Assembly (NCBI GenBank): GCA_963793865.1
Contig: CAWCBP010000006.1
Coordinates: 1-64,000, forward strand
Source of the DNA: an uncultured delta proteobacterium
Lineage (GTDB): Bacteria > Desulfobacterota > WTBG01
Reading direction: 5' to 3'
Length of the DNA: 64,000 bases
The notes beneath the pieces were generated by a model. That model made no database searches. It was not told the DNA's origin and saw only the letters and a program-made list of their open reading frames with translations. Both the position numbers and the translations under genes were made by a program. How positions within the stretch are numbered: position 1 is the first letter of the stretch; the number at the start of each line of letters is the position of its first letter. Shown piece by piece: positions 53,272 to 63,076 of the stretch.

Positions 53272-53716
53272 CAGCGCAACTCTTTTAATAATGCCCTGTT
53301 TCTGCTCAATTTATTAAGAGGTTCGGGCCGCCTCTGTGTGATGTGAAAAGAGCAATCGGCGTTTGTGCCCGTCCAAAAAAACACTTGAAATTAAAGGGTA
53401 TATAGCTGCTATTGCGGTAATTGTCAATCGTTGTTTTTTGCTCACCCGTCACAATGATGCGGAGAGCGGATGATGATTGACGGGGGCACTGCTTATGCTT
53501 CACTGCAGTGCACACGGCGTTCCGCGGCATGAGCATCCCTTCCGGGTTGTTCCGTCACAACCTGTGCCCCGCAGGGGCAGACAGATTCGCATTGCTATTT
53601 GCATTCATTGGTGTTACCCTGTCACCGCTTTTGCACGGATGTTGCGGACTGCACAGTAACCATCAATGACTGTGCCCTGCAACGCTGCTTGCCGACTTAT
53701 CCGAACCTCCTTAATC

Positions 53717-54343
53717 ATGCTGTCCAAGAGAAAGATTAAAAAATTTTTCAGAATATTCTTCCCCAGGCAGGTCAAAGTGGAATTTCCTGTAGCCATGTTT
53801 GCAGCATATGTTGGCCGGCAATGGGATTTGCCTGAGGGTTACACCATCGTCTCGCCGGGTCGGGAAACGGACCTTAATGAGTGGAGCGATCTTTTGAATC
53901 GTGATAAGGAGTTCGGTGTCTGGACACCGGAACGGGTGAAAAAGGCCCTGGTAGATCAGATGATCGCGCCGGATGCGGGGTCGCTGCTGTACTATAAGGG
54001 TCGCCTGGTGGGATGCAGCACCACGTCTGACAAGTCCAGGGCGGGAAAAAAAATAGGGATCGGGTTGTGGCTTGTGCTTGATTCTTCCCACCGCGGGAAA
54101 AAAGGATTGGCCTCTGCGCTTACCTTCCGAACCCTGGCTTTTTTTGCGGCAGCCGGTTATGACAGGGTGTATGCCTATACCGATGAGACCCGCCTGTCGG
54201 CATTATACCTCTACCTGAAACACGGAGCGGTGCCCGCGCATGATTCCATCTCCAGCTATTTTAAGTGGCGCAGAATTTTTAAGCGCCTGAAACCGCTCAT
54301 GGAGCGGGCGGAAAAACGAAGCAGAGCCCATAACGCCTTATGA
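53717..54343 (+). CDS. GNAT-family N-acetyltransferase
   Basis: Acetyl-CoA-binding-like motif 'LVLDSSHRGKKGLA', 'ALYLYLKHG'. Confidence 0.7.
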   Translation: MLSKRKIKKFFRIFFPRQVKVEFPVAMFAAYVGRQWDLPEGYTIVSPGRETDLNEWSDLLNRDKEFGVWTPERVKKALVDQMIAPDAGSLLYYKGRLVGCSTTSDKSRAGKKIGIGLWLVLDSSHRGKKGLASALTFRTLAFFAAAGYDRVYAYTDETRLSALYLYLKHGAVPAHDSISSYFKWRRIFKRLKPLMERAEKRSRAHNAL

Positions 54344-55242
54344 AATTTGCTCAGAGTTCAATCGAAGACACGCAGGCCCTGGCCTTGTGGTATTTTACCA
54401 AGGCATGCAATTTTCACTGCCCGTATTGCAAAATTGGAAGGGCAAACTCCGACCACGGGATTGCGCGGCGCATCAGCACAATGGGCAAAAAATTCATACG
54501 CAGGCTTACCGGCCTTCCCGCAGACCCCCTGGAGCAAAGCGGCAAGATAATTAAGCTGTTAAAAAATGAAGCGGGGAAAAAGTGGACGGTCGGCTTAACC
54601 GGCGGGGAGCCTTTCATGTACCCCCGGTTTGTCCACTTATGCGAAACGCTCACGGAGCACTTTTCCATCTATGTGGATACAAATTTAAGCATCAGCAGAA
54701 GGGTGGCGGAGTTTGCAACAAAGATCAACCCCGACCGGGTGGACTTCCTTTACATATCGACGCACATCGCGGAGCGGGAAAGAAGAAATCAGGTCGATGA
54801 TTTTATAGGCAATATTGTGTTGTTGCAGGAAAAGGGATTTAATTGCAGGGTAAGCTATGTTTTACAGCCGAGCCTGATTTCCAGATTCATGAAGGACCAT
54901 GACTACTTCCGAGAAAAAGGGGTCACAATAATGCCCAAGCCTTTCAAGGGGATGTTCCAGGGAAAACGGTACCCCCAGGCTTATACCGGGGAGGAAAAAA
55001 AGCTGCTTTCAGAATACAACCCCTGTTTCCTTGAGGAAATCCCGGTAAAATCCAGGGGCATCAAATGCGATGCCGGCAGATTATTTATCCGCATATCGCC
55101 CGACGGCAGGGTTACGAGATGTGTCGGTGACAAAACCGTTTTGGGTCACATCTCAAAGGGTGTTACATTTGACAGAGAAGCGCAGCCCTGTCAAATTGAC
55201 ACCTGCCCCTGTTTTGGCCAGTTATATCTCAGACATCATTAA
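54340..55242 (+). CDS. Radical SAM protein with twitch/SPASM-like C-terminus
   Basis: 'CNFHCPYC', 'TGGEP', 'DTN', C-terminal 'CDAG..DGRVTRC..PCQIDTCPC'. Confidence 0.88.
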   Translation: MKFAQSSIEDTQALALWYFTKACNFHCPYCKIGRANSDHGIARRISTMGKKFIRRLTGLPADPLEQSGKIIKLLKNEAGKKWTVGLTGGEPFMYPRFVHLCETLTEHFSIYVDTNLSISRRVAEFATKINPDRVDFLYISTHIAERERRNQVDDFIGNIVLLQEKGFNCRVSYVLQPSLISRFMKDHDYFREKGVTIMPKPFKGMFQGKRYPQAYTGEEKKLLSEYNPCFLEEIPVKSRGIKCDAGRLFIRISPDGRVTRCVGDKTVLGHISKGVTFDREAQPCQIDTCPCFGQLYLRHH

Positions 55243-55383
55243 TGTGTAGTGCGTCCAAAACTTCTTTACTTATGAAAGGCTCCTGTGCGTTGCGACTACC
55301 ATGCTGGAGAAGAGGTTCAGTGGCTCACAGGGGAGGGGCTTTTTACGCCACAACAATTGTAGCGGTCGCCTGGGTATGAACGC

Positions 55384-56277
55384 ATGCTTATGAACAGTGG
55401 ATTTGATTGGACACGATTCGTTTACAAGGTGAGCCGCAAAGCCGGTAAAATCGGCATTGATAAAGGATTTGCGTATCGCGCCGCCCTTCGCTGGCTCATT
55501 CCCGCAACGGGTGAAGCGCTTGCCATTTTGAAGCAGCGAAAGCTTTTTTTGATCACCAGCACCGGAAGAACAGGAACCGCCTGGCTGGCGCAATTTTTAA
55601 ACAGGCGTGTTGACGGATTGTGCGTCATGCATGAGCCGGTTCCACGGGAAAATCCCTTCCACAGGAAGGCAACTATGGATCCCGCCGAAGCGGAGAAGTA
55701 TCTCCTTGATTTTCGCTTTGGGGAGATGGCCCTGCGGTGTGTTGCCAACAGGGCCAGCATCTATGGTGAAGTCAACAGCCATTTGCGCCGACACATAGCG
55801 GCGTTTAAGAAGCATCTCCCGGCCATGAAAATTATTCATATCATCCGTGACGGAAGGGATGGGGTGCGGTCGGTCATGAGCAGGAGAGCGTATACCCCGG
55901 AGGATAAGGACTACTACGATTTTGTTCCTCCCCGGAAAGACATTGATCCTCATCGGTGGTCGCGTTTTACGCGGTTTGAAAAGCTCTGCTGGCTGTGGAC
56001 CTATGAAAACTCGTACATGCGGGAACATGCCGATGCAACCATGCGATTTGAGGACATCATCGGCAATTACGCCGCATTTGAATCCTTGCTGCTTGCGATA
56101 ACGGATATGAAGTTCAATCTGGAACAGGAGTGGCTTAAATTTGCCGGACAGCCCAGGAACATTACCAGGACATTTCTTTTTCCCAAATGGCCGGAATGGA
56201 GCCGGTCGGATAAAGATACGTTTGTTGCCCTGTGCGGTGAAGAAATGAAGCGGTATGGGTATGAAATAGTTCCGTAA
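55384..56277 (+). CDS. Sulfotransferase-family protein
   Basis: 5'-PSB-like 'TGRTGT', 'HEP', 3'-PB 'IRDGRDGVRS', 'RFEDI', C-terminal 'MKRYGY'. Confidence 0.8.
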   Translation: MLMNSGFDWTRFVYKVSRKAGKIGIDKGFAYRAALRWLIPATGEALAILKQRKLFLITSTGRTGTAWLAQFLNRRVDGLCVMHEPVPRENPFHRKATMDPAEAEKYLLDFRFGEMALRCVANRASIYGEVNSHLRRHIAAFKKHLPAMKIIHIIRDGRDGVRSVMSRRAYTPEDKDYYDFVPPRKDIDPHRWSRFTRFEKLCWLWTYENSYMREHADATMRFEDIIGNYAAFESLLLAITDMKFNLEQEWLKFAGQPRNITRTFLFPKWPEWSRSDKDTFVALCGEEMKRYGYEIVP

Positions 56278-56365
56278 TGTCTCGCTGCTGTTGAGTTGCA
56301 CGGCGGCATAATTTTATGGGGTGCCCACGGCAGGCTAAAAAATGCATGGCCTACGCAGTTTTACT

Positions 56366-56394
56366 TTGACATTTTTGAGGAATACCATTATAAA
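56366..56394 (+). promoter_or_regulatory. Sigma70-type promoter
   Basis: TTGACA-17 bp-TATAAA upstream of the lipoprotein gene. Confidence 0.6.
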
Positions 56395-56471
56395 TAAAGA
56401 TATTAATTGATGGATGTAAGATGGTCGCTTTGTTTGTTAACGGGCAGTACATCTTGAAAGGAGGTAGGGCT

Positions 56472-56894
56472 ATGAGAAGCATGTGGTTCATCTGCGGGGT
56501 TGTCATTCTGGCTCTCATGATTGGTGCCCCAGGCTGCAAGAAATCCGAGGACAAGCCTGCGACGACGATGGAGCAGAAGATTGAAGAACAAGTGGCACCG
56601 GTGGTGGATGAAGCGAAAGAAGCAGTAGGAGAAGCGAAACAGGCGGTGGAGGAAGCTGCTGCCCCGGTTGTGGAGGAGGTACAGGAAGCGGCGGGCGAAG
56701 CCAAGGAATCTATGGGAGAAGCCGTGGGAGAAGTTAAAGAAGAAGCAGGCAAGGCTAAGGAAGCTATGGGAGAAGCCGTGAAAGAAGTTAAAGAAGAAGC
56801 GGACCAAGCTGTGGAAAAGAGTGGCGAACTCATGGATAAGGCGGCGGTCGAAGCAAATAAACCCATGGAAGCTGCGCAGCCGGAGGCGGAATAG
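56472..56894 (+). CDS. Lipoprotein with Glu/Ala/Lys-rich repeats (LEA-like)
   Basis: GGAGG RBS, lipobox-like 'APGC', repeats such as 'EAKEAVGEAKQ' and 'KAKEAMGEAVK'. Confidence 0.75.
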   Translation: MRSMWFICGVVILALMIGAPGCKKSEDKPATTMEQKIEEQVAPVVDEAKEAVGEAKQAVEEAAAPVVEEVQEAAGEAKESMGEAVGEVKEEAGKAKEAMGEAVKEVKEEADQAVEKSGELMDKAAVEANKPMEAAQPEAE

Positions 56895-57045
56895 TGTGAC
56901 ATTTATAAATCTGTTTTTTTAACCCTGACCCGGCGGATGTAAAGGAGGTGATGAAATTCCTGGATTGTTACGGCAGATGTGAGAGCGACAGTTGATTGTC
57001 AGGTTGGTTAACATTTTATGATGTGATGAGAAAGGAGGAGGTACG

Positions 57046-57711
57046 ATGAAAGTATTTGCGAAGGTGATGGTCTTAATTCTGATAGTTGTGATGGCCGCCG
57101 GTTGCTCGACGGCGTCCAAACGGGCAAAATGTATAGCTGCCGGTGCCGTAGCGGGTGCTGCGGTGGGAGCCGGCGTTGGTGCCGTTGTCGGTCACCAGGG
57201 CGATGAGGATACCGCGGAAGGCGCCGCGGTCGGCGTGGCAGCAGGCGCGCTTGTCGGAGGAATAATCGGTGCGATCGTGTGCAAGGATGAAGAACCGGCA
57301 CCCCCGCCGCCACCTCCGGCGCCCGAGCCTGTGGCAGAAGAACCGCCGCCGCCGCCCAAGGTGGTTGAAAAGATCGTTCTCAACGGCATACAGTTCGATT
57401 TCGACAAGGCGGTCATTAAGGATCAGTATTTCCCCATCCTTGATGAAGGAATTGCCGCTTTAGAAAAGCATTCCGAGAAGAACGTTGCGGTTGAAGGTTA
57501 TACCTGCAGCATCGGCACCGAGGAATACAACCTGCGTCTCTCTGAAAAGCGGGCGGAAGCAGTGAAGGCCTATATGGTGGAGAAGGGAATTGTCGCCGAC
57601 AGGCTGAGCACGACGGGATATGGCGAAGCGAACCCCGTTGCCGACAATGCCACCCGTCAGGGCCGGGAAATGAACCGCAGGGTTGAGTTCAAGGTCATGA
57701 ACGGCGAATGA
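57046..57711 (+). CDS. OmpA-family lipoprotein with glycine zipper
   Basis: Lipobox 'AAGC', GAxxGA zipper, Pro-rich linker, 'FDFDKA', 'NLRLSEKRAEAV', 'NRRVEF'. Confidence 0.92.
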   Translation: MKVFAKVMVLILIVVMAAGCSTASKRAKCIAAGAVAGAAVGAGVGAVVGHQGDEDTAEGAAVGVAAGALVGGIIGAIVCKDEEPAPPPPPPAPEPVAEEPPPPPKVVEKIVLNGIQFDFDKAVIKDQYFPILDEGIAALEKHSEKNVAVEGYTCSIGTEEYNLRLSEKRAEAVKAYMVEKGIVADRLSTTGYGEANPVADNATRQGREMNRRVEFKVMNGE

Positions 57712-58142
57712 TGAGTGCGGCCATGAGATCCCTCGTTGCTGTTTATGCGGTGGCCCTGTGCCTCGGAGTGCTGGTACCACATCCTGCGCTGTATGCGATG
57801 GATGAGAGCCGGGACGTGGAGGCGAGCTTTCAGCTTTTTAATCAGGAGTGGATGGAGCATCTGTATAGCCGGGAAGAAAAAAGCAAGATCAATATTTCCT
57901 GCAGGAAGGTTGATGATGCCTTCGTTGCTGAATATACCGGCTACAGCAGAACCTATAGCGGAAGAACCAAAAAGACTGCAAGCAAAGAGACTCCCTATGT
58001 GGGGATCCTCAATTATCAGGAGCAGACCTTTGTCAGTAAGGCCAGGACCTATGAAGAAGCGGTCAACGGGCAGTTCAAGCTTCAACAGGAATGCCCGGTA
58101 ACCGAGATCTTCTCATTTTCCAGAGGCAAGTGGCGCTACTGA
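57708..58142 (+). CDS. Hypothetical secreted protein
   Basis: ATGA coupling to the ompA-like gene, signal peptide, C-terminal 'TEIFSFSRGKWRY'. Confidence 0.7.
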   Translation: MMSAAMRSLVAVYAVALCLGVLVPHPALYAMDESRDVEASFQLFNQEWMEHLYSREEKSKINISCRKVDDAFVAEYTGYSRTYSGRTKKTASKETPYVGILNYQEQTFVSKARTYEEAVNGQFKLQQECPVTEIFSFSRGKWRY

Positions 58143-58196
58143 CGGGTTTTGCTGTCACATAAACGGTAAAGAGGAACGTGGAAGGACTGTATATAC

Positions 58197-58230
58197 AAAA
58201 TGGCTTCCTGCTCGGCAGGGAGCCATTTTT
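58197..58230. terminator. Bidirectional intrinsic terminator
   Basis: AAAATGGCTTCCTGC-TCG-GCAGGGAGCCATTTT. Confidence 0.8.
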
Positions 58231-58334
58231 GTATTACACTCCCTTGTCCCTTCGGAGCGCGTCCCTCCATGCGTCCTGTTTTCATGTTAAGCGTAAATTG
58301 CGACACAGTCTCCATGGGAGATGAGGTAAAAAAA

Positions 58335-58374
58335 TTCCCTCTCCCCAGCAGGGGAGAGGGTTAGGGTGAGGGGG
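58335..58374. repeat. Intergenic palindromic repeat element
   Basis: TTCCCTCTCCCCAGCAGGGGAGAGGGTTAGGGTGAGGGG; degenerate relative at about 13513-13566. Confidence 0.55.
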
Positions 58375-58411
58375 TACCATAAATCTATTTTCGTGTTACA
58401 GGGGTCGGAAA

Positions 58412-59413
58412 CTACGGCCTGGTGGTGTTGAGCCCGACAAACGTGCCCCCGTTTCGCTGGCAGAGGACGCGCATCAGGGCGGCAAAGCGAACTCCCGTAT
58501 TCATCTCATCGCGGATGTCTTTGAGCACCGTGGGAAATCCCACCGCGTGGATCCTCACCCGCCGCGCCCCGGTTCTGTCCGCCTTGTTTAACCGGTCCAC
58601 GGTGTCGATTGCCCCCTGCATGTCATAGCCGCTGAATTCGTCGCCGAAGACATAAAGGCTGATCTTCCTGCCGGGATCGTAATAGGTGGAGATGGCCTCG
58701 TTGATCCCTTCCACGGGGCTGCTGTTGCTGAAGGGTGTCCAGCCGCTCAAGGTGTTGATGATCACCTTTCGGCGGCCCGGGGTGTCGGGGATCCAGCTGC
58801 CGCGGTACTCGGGAAACAAATAGGTGCCTTCGTCGTTCATGACCTGGATGCCCTTGACCCGGGGGTAGACGTCCAGCGTTTCGCGGAGCTTTTTCTGCAG
58901 CAGCTGCCAGGCATTGCGCTGCATGCTCCCCGAGGTGTCGATGATGAAAATGATATACTCGCTGTCGACGGGGATGCCTCCCACCGAGCCGTCGCGCGCG
59001 ACCGGCCGGTCCTTCTGCAGCCGCTTCATCTCCTCGGTAAGCTCCTGCTGGGCCTGAGCGAGCTTGCCCTCAATGGTGTTTTGCACCGCGGCATTTTGCT
59101 GTGATGCCGCAAACTCCCCCTGTAATTTTGAGAGGTCTCCCTGGAGGCGCGCCAGGCTCTCCGTCTCCCGCGAGAGCTGCTCTTTTTTCCCTTCCAGCTC
59201 ACGATTGAGCACCTGCACCTCGCCCCGGATGACATGCAGCTCCTCTTCACGCTTGGCGATGAGGGCCGTGAGGTCCCGGCGCAGTTCTTCAATCTTGATG
59301 GGCTGGCCGAATTTCGACAGCACAAAGAGAAGAATAATGGCGCCGAAGCCGCAGCAGATGCAGTCCAGAAAGGAGAGGCTGAATATCTCGAGTTCTCTTC
59401 TTCGTCTTTTCAT
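58412..59413 (-). CDS. Membrane-anchored coiled-coil vWA-domain protein
   Basis: N-terminal TM 'FSLSFLDCICCGFGAIILLF', coiled coil, MIDAS 'IDTSGSM', 'FGDE'. Confidence 0.85.
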   Translation of the reverse strand: MKRRRRELEIFSLSFLDCICCGFGAIILLFVLSKFGQPIKIEELRRDLTALIAKREEELHVIRGEVQVLNRELEGKKEQLSRETESLARLQGDLSKLQGEFAASQQNAAVQNTIEGKLAQAQQELTEEMKRLQKDRPVARDGSVGGIPVDSEYIIFIIDTSGSMQRNAWQLLQKKLRETLDVYPRVKGIQVMNDEGTYLFPEYRGSWIPDTPGRRKVIINTLSGWTPFSNSSPVEGINEAISTYYDPGRKISLYVFGDEFSGYDMQGAIDTVDRLNKADRTGARRVRIHAVGFPTVLKDIRDEMNTGVRFAALMRVLCQRNGGTFVGLNTTRP

Positions 59414-59535
59414 GGGTTTTTTAAATGTGCAGCAAGCAAAATGCATGAGCCGGTAGGAGCACCTTCAGGTGCGATGTGATCGCGGCATAGAGCCGCTCCA
59501 ACCATTCATGCGCCACTGTTTTTTTTAACAACCTG

Positions 59536-60627
59536 TTAGGGCCAGTCCCGTGAAGGAGAAAAAAAGGAGCCCCCGGTTGCCATGGCCAGTCGCCAGAAGG
59601 CGCTGGCGGCGGCCGGGTCTCCTTCCATGTGATACAAAATTATATTTACCGGGACCTGGGGCGGGAGCTGGCGGGTTGCTTCGTTAAACAGGGCCAGGCG
59701 CTTTTCTCCGGATACCTTTTTGCCCCAGGGCTTTTCCCTGCCCATGGTGGGCAGACCGTCGGTGAGCAGAAAGATGTTGTCGGGCGGCGGGGACATGGCT
59801 CGCGCGGCAGCAACGGCATTGGCGAGGCTGGTTCCTTTCTGCGGCACCATCAGGTGCAGCCGGTTGACTATCTCATTGAGCTGCGGGGCATTGTTGCCGT
59901 CCAGCCACTTTCCTTCGGTTCCCTCCAGGACAGGGGCAGCGGTTTCATTAAAGCTGTAAACCTGGTACGAGCCGGTGAGAGGAAGCTGGGTGGTCAGCCA
60001 GTCGATGGACTTCACTGCATGCCGCCACTTGGCCGCCTTTCGCTTGTCCCCATCGGCCATATTCCTTTTGCGGATGATGCCCACGATGGTATCATCAAGC
60101 ATGCTGGCCGAGGCATCGACGAGGATGAAGACCCTCTGGCCGCCCATTTTGACGCCCGTCAGGTACTGGCGGTCACCCTCCCCGGTGAATTGCCTCACCT
60201 TGGAGCCGTGGTCATCGCGGGAGGTGCTCCCGCCTTCGAGCCGCTTGAGCGCCTCCTCCTTCGCCTTGAGATCCGCCTTCAGGCGGTTGATGTGTTCCCT
60301 GGAGGCGAGGGTATCGTTGTCGTAACTGGAAAGCTCGGTCTTTTTTTCCTTAATGGTTTCTATAACCCTGCGCGAGAGCCCCTGCGTTTTGACCAGTTCC
60401 TCCAGCGTCTGCTCCATTGTATTGCGGGCTTCCACCAGATCCTTTTTCCCCTGGAGCACCTCTTTTTCCATCCGGTCAACTTCGCTTCGGACTTCCGAGG
60501 TGATCTCGCTCCTGCTGGTCACGCTCCTGGCATTCACAATCACAAACAGCAGGAGCATCGCACCCAGACCGCAGGTAATGCAGTCAATGAAGGAGATGCT
60601 AAATACGGTTACGTCTCTCTTTTTCAT
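59536..60627 (-). CDS. Membrane-anchored coiled-coil vWA-domain protein (paralogue)
   Basis: TM 'FSISFIDCITCGLGAMLLLF', MIDAS 'VDASASM', 'LTDGLP'. Confidence 0.85.
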   Translation of the reverse strand: MKKRDVTVFSISFIDCITCGLGAMLLLFVIVNARSVTSRSEITSEVRSEVDRMEKEVLQGKKDLVEARNTMEQTLEELVKTQGLSRRVIETIKEKKTELSSYDNDTLASREHINRLKADLKAKEEALKRLEGGSTSRDDHGSKVRQFTGEGDRQYLTGVKMGGQRVFILVDASASMLDDTIVGIIRKRNMADGDKRKAAKWRHAVKSIDWLTTQLPLTGSYQVYSFNETAAPVLEGTEGKWLDGNNAPQLNEIVNRLHLMVPQKGTSLANAVAAARAMSPPPDNIFLLTDGLPTMGREKPWGKKVSGEKRLALFNEATRQLPPQVPVNIILYHMEGDPAAASAFWRLAMATGGSFFSPSRDWP

Positions 60628-62029
60628 CGGCGCCCACACAAGCGATCAGTTTGAGCTCATCTGAGTGCGTTCCCACCCGGATTTTCTGGCCCAGCCTGAG
60701 GATGCTGGTTGTTACAATCTGCCGATCATCCACAAAGGTGCCGGCCGGGCACTCATTGACGAGTACGATATCATCCCTTTCACGCTGAATGGTACAGTAG
60801 CGTTGAGAGAAACCTGAAGGGTTGCTGCTGATGCACAGGGTGGTCTCACCGTCATGGTTACTCTGACCAATGATGAGAGGCTCAGCGGTAATGGGGTAGG
60901 CACAATCATCGTGCAGGATATGATTGGGCTGCATGATGGCCCGGACAGGTGGCGTGGGGGCATGGCCGCCGGCTGATTTGGGCGGCCAGGGGCGGCTGTT
61001 TAAAAGTGTGATACCCTGTCTTTCGTGCTGGCTGGTGAATCGGTCCCGCAGCTTGAGTAATCCCAGGGCACCCGATCCCGGCGCAAGTTCAATGATGATG
61101 AGACCGGGTATTTTGCATAAGGATTCTTTGAAGCCGGGCAGGTGACTGACGCGTTGAGTGATCTGAAGAACGGGGGCTTTTTCATGGAAGCCTGAACTGA
61201 GAATCATATCCTCGATGATCCGGCGCACCTCTGAAAGCACGGCTTCGGTTTTTTGAGCAAAAAGGTCATGGGTTAAGGTTGCGCGGTGGCTGTGTGCCCC
61301 GGCTTGTAAGGTAAATGTCGTGGATGAATGCGGCTGCAGGCTTTTAATTGCCGGGGGAAGGCGGTTGTACAACTCCTGTTCGTATGCGGCCTGATCAAAG
61401 GGGTCAAAACGTGTTGTTCGCACAAACTCGTCTGCAACCATCTTCACCCATTCCGTGTACAGATAGTTGAAACCTCTAGCCGGAATAGTCTTCACTTCTT
61501 TCTGGATAAGGCGGTCACCCTGCTCGAGAAAGGTTATTTCGATCCGGTGCAGGTGAATGTCCAAGTGCAGGAGGGGGTGCTGAGGATGGGGGGCCGACGA
61601 TCCTGCCAGTGCGATCGAGGCAAATCCTTTGACGGGTATGGACAATTCATCCGCAATCCCTAATAAGAGACCCAGCTGATGCGGGGTATAAAAACCGGGG
61701 GCAGCGATGACAACCTCGTCTGCTTTATTCCTGAGGATGTCCCATAGCTTTGACAGGTGACGATATGCCAGCTCCGCATAGGTTTTCCCTTCCAACCCCG
61801 GCTGTTTAATCGGTTCAGTGCTCAGCTCGTCCCAGAAACGATTGTTGTATGAGCGGGGATTGAGACGAAACCTGCTTAAGGCATCTCGTCCCATGATTAG
61901 TCCATCGTTGGTGCTTAGGGCAAAACCGGGGCTTGATTTTTCTGCCCCATCTGTGTCGAGGAGCAGTGGCGGATCTCCTGCAGCTGCCATTATGCCGGCG
62001 TCACTCAACTCGATTCCCAGCAGTGTCAT
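60599..62029 (-). CDS. Hsp70/actin-like domain protein with C-terminal FHA-like domain
   Basis: 'LLGIELSDAG' (degenerate phosphate-1), 'VVIAAPGFY..QL', and C-terminal 'LIIGQ..SQRYCTI..GTFVD..LRLGQKIRVG'. Confidence 0.65.
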   Translation of the reverse strand: MTLLGIELSDAGIMAAAGDPPLLLDTDGAEKSSPGFALSTNDGLIMGRDALSRFRLNPRSYNNRFWDELSTEPIKQPGLEGKTYAELAYRHLSKLWDILRNKADEVVIAAPGFYTPHQLGLLLGIADELSIPVKGFASIALAGSSAPHPQHPLLHLDIHLHRIEITFLEQGDRLIQKEVKTIPARGFNYLYTEWVKMVADEFVRTTRFDPFDQAAYEQELYNRLPPAIKSLQPHSSTTFTLQAGAHSHRATLTHDLFAQKTEAVLSEVRRIIEDMILSSGFHEKAPVLQITQRVSHLPGFKESLCKIPGLIIIELAPGSGALGLLKLRDRFTSQHERQGITLLNSRPWPPKSAGGHAPTPPVRAIMQPNHILHDDCAYPITAEPLIIGQSNHDGETTLCISSNPSGFSQRYCTIQRERDDIVLVNECPAGTFVDDRQIVTTSILRLGQKIRVGTHSDELKLIACVGADEKERRNRI

Positions 62030-62040
62030 GATCTATGCTC

Positions 62041-62844
62041 CTAACGGGCGTGGAGACGACTGATGAGCTTCTCTTCGCAGTAGGATTCCGTGTCCAGCAC
62101 GTACCGCTCCTGCAGAAGCTGAAGCTGGTGCAGGAAAAACATGAGCACAAGGCTGATAAGCAGGGCGATCAGGGTCGAGTTGAATGCCGTCCCCAGGCTT
62201 TTGGTGACATCAAAAATATCTCCTTCAACCGCTCGGTGGGCATAGCCCAGCGCCAGGCTGATGCCCCGTACGGTGCCCAGAAAGCCGATGGAGGGAATGG
62301 CCCACAGAACGTATCTGATCATGGAAAGCTCGGAGTCCAGGCGATCTCCCTCAGAAGCACAATAGGCATTGGTGGCATTGGATACATCCTGGATGTTGCG
62401 GGTTGAACTGAAGCGCTGCAATGCGGCAAGCAAAACCCGGGAAAGCAGAGCACCCCTCTGAACCGGCGGCAATGACTGAATCTGCCTAGAGATGTCGTGG
62501 ACATCCTCAGGCAATATTTTCATCCCCTCAGCCATGGGTATCAGGTCCTCCTGCAGCAGGGAGCGATTTCTGGTGATTACAATGCCTTTGTAGATCATGA
62601 TGGCCAATGCCCAGAACATGAGAATGATTTCTGTCTCCTGTTCATAGTCAACCAATACCACGTAGACGGACTGCTTGGCTACGTGCGATGGGTCCTGCTT
62701 CATCAGGGCAGCCTGTTCGGCCAGAAATGCATCCGAGGCAGGCCAGATTATCCCCACGTATACTGCATGCACCAGGATAACGCTGATGATGAGCGAGAAG
62801 ATCTGGTAGAGAAACTCAAAGGTGAGGGGAGAAGAATTTTTCAT
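62041..62844 (-). CDS. MotA/TolQ/ExbB proton-channel family protein
   Basis: 'WAIPSIGFLGTVRGI', 'LGTAFNSTLIAL'. Confidence 0.9.
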   Translation of the reverse strand: MKNSSPLTFEFLYQIFSLIISVILVHAVYVGIIWPASDAFLAEQAALMKQDPSHVAKQSVYVVLVDYEQETEIILMFWALAIMIYKGIVITRNRSLLQEDLIPMAEGMKILPEDVHDISRQIQSLPPVQRGALLSRVLLAALQRFSSTRNIQDVSNATNAYCASEGDRLDSELSMIRYVLWAIPSIGFLGTVRGISLALGYAHRAVEGDIFDVTKSLGTAFNSTLIALLISLVLMFFLHQLQLLQERYVLDTESYCEEKLISRLHAR

Positions 62845-62880
62845 AGGAGGATCCTTTTGTGCGAGAGATGAGCTGTTAGT

Positions 62881-63075
62881 GATCTGCGATGTGGGATGTG
62901 AGATGTGAGATGAAAAACCAAGAAGTGCGATCTGTGATGCGCACATATCTGAAGATATCTTGCTCCTTATACGTTAGCAAGCTCATCATATCGCCCTTTG
63001 CCTCGTTTCTATCGCATATCGCAGACTCCCACATCGCAGATCACATGATCTCCATATCACACATCTCACATCCCC
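62881..63075. repeat. Inverted arrays of 7-bp tandem repeats (GATGTGA / TCACATC)
   Basis: GATCTGC GATGTGG GATGTGA GATGTGA at 62881-62908; complementary units (ATATCGC, CACATCG, CACATCT, CACATCC) at about 63010-63073. Confidence 0.7.
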
Positions 63076-63076
63076 C

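Noticed and set aside
62881..63075. CRISPR array
   Set aside because: Only 7-bp degenerate units; no 23-47-bp repeats with unique spacers and no cas genes in the window.
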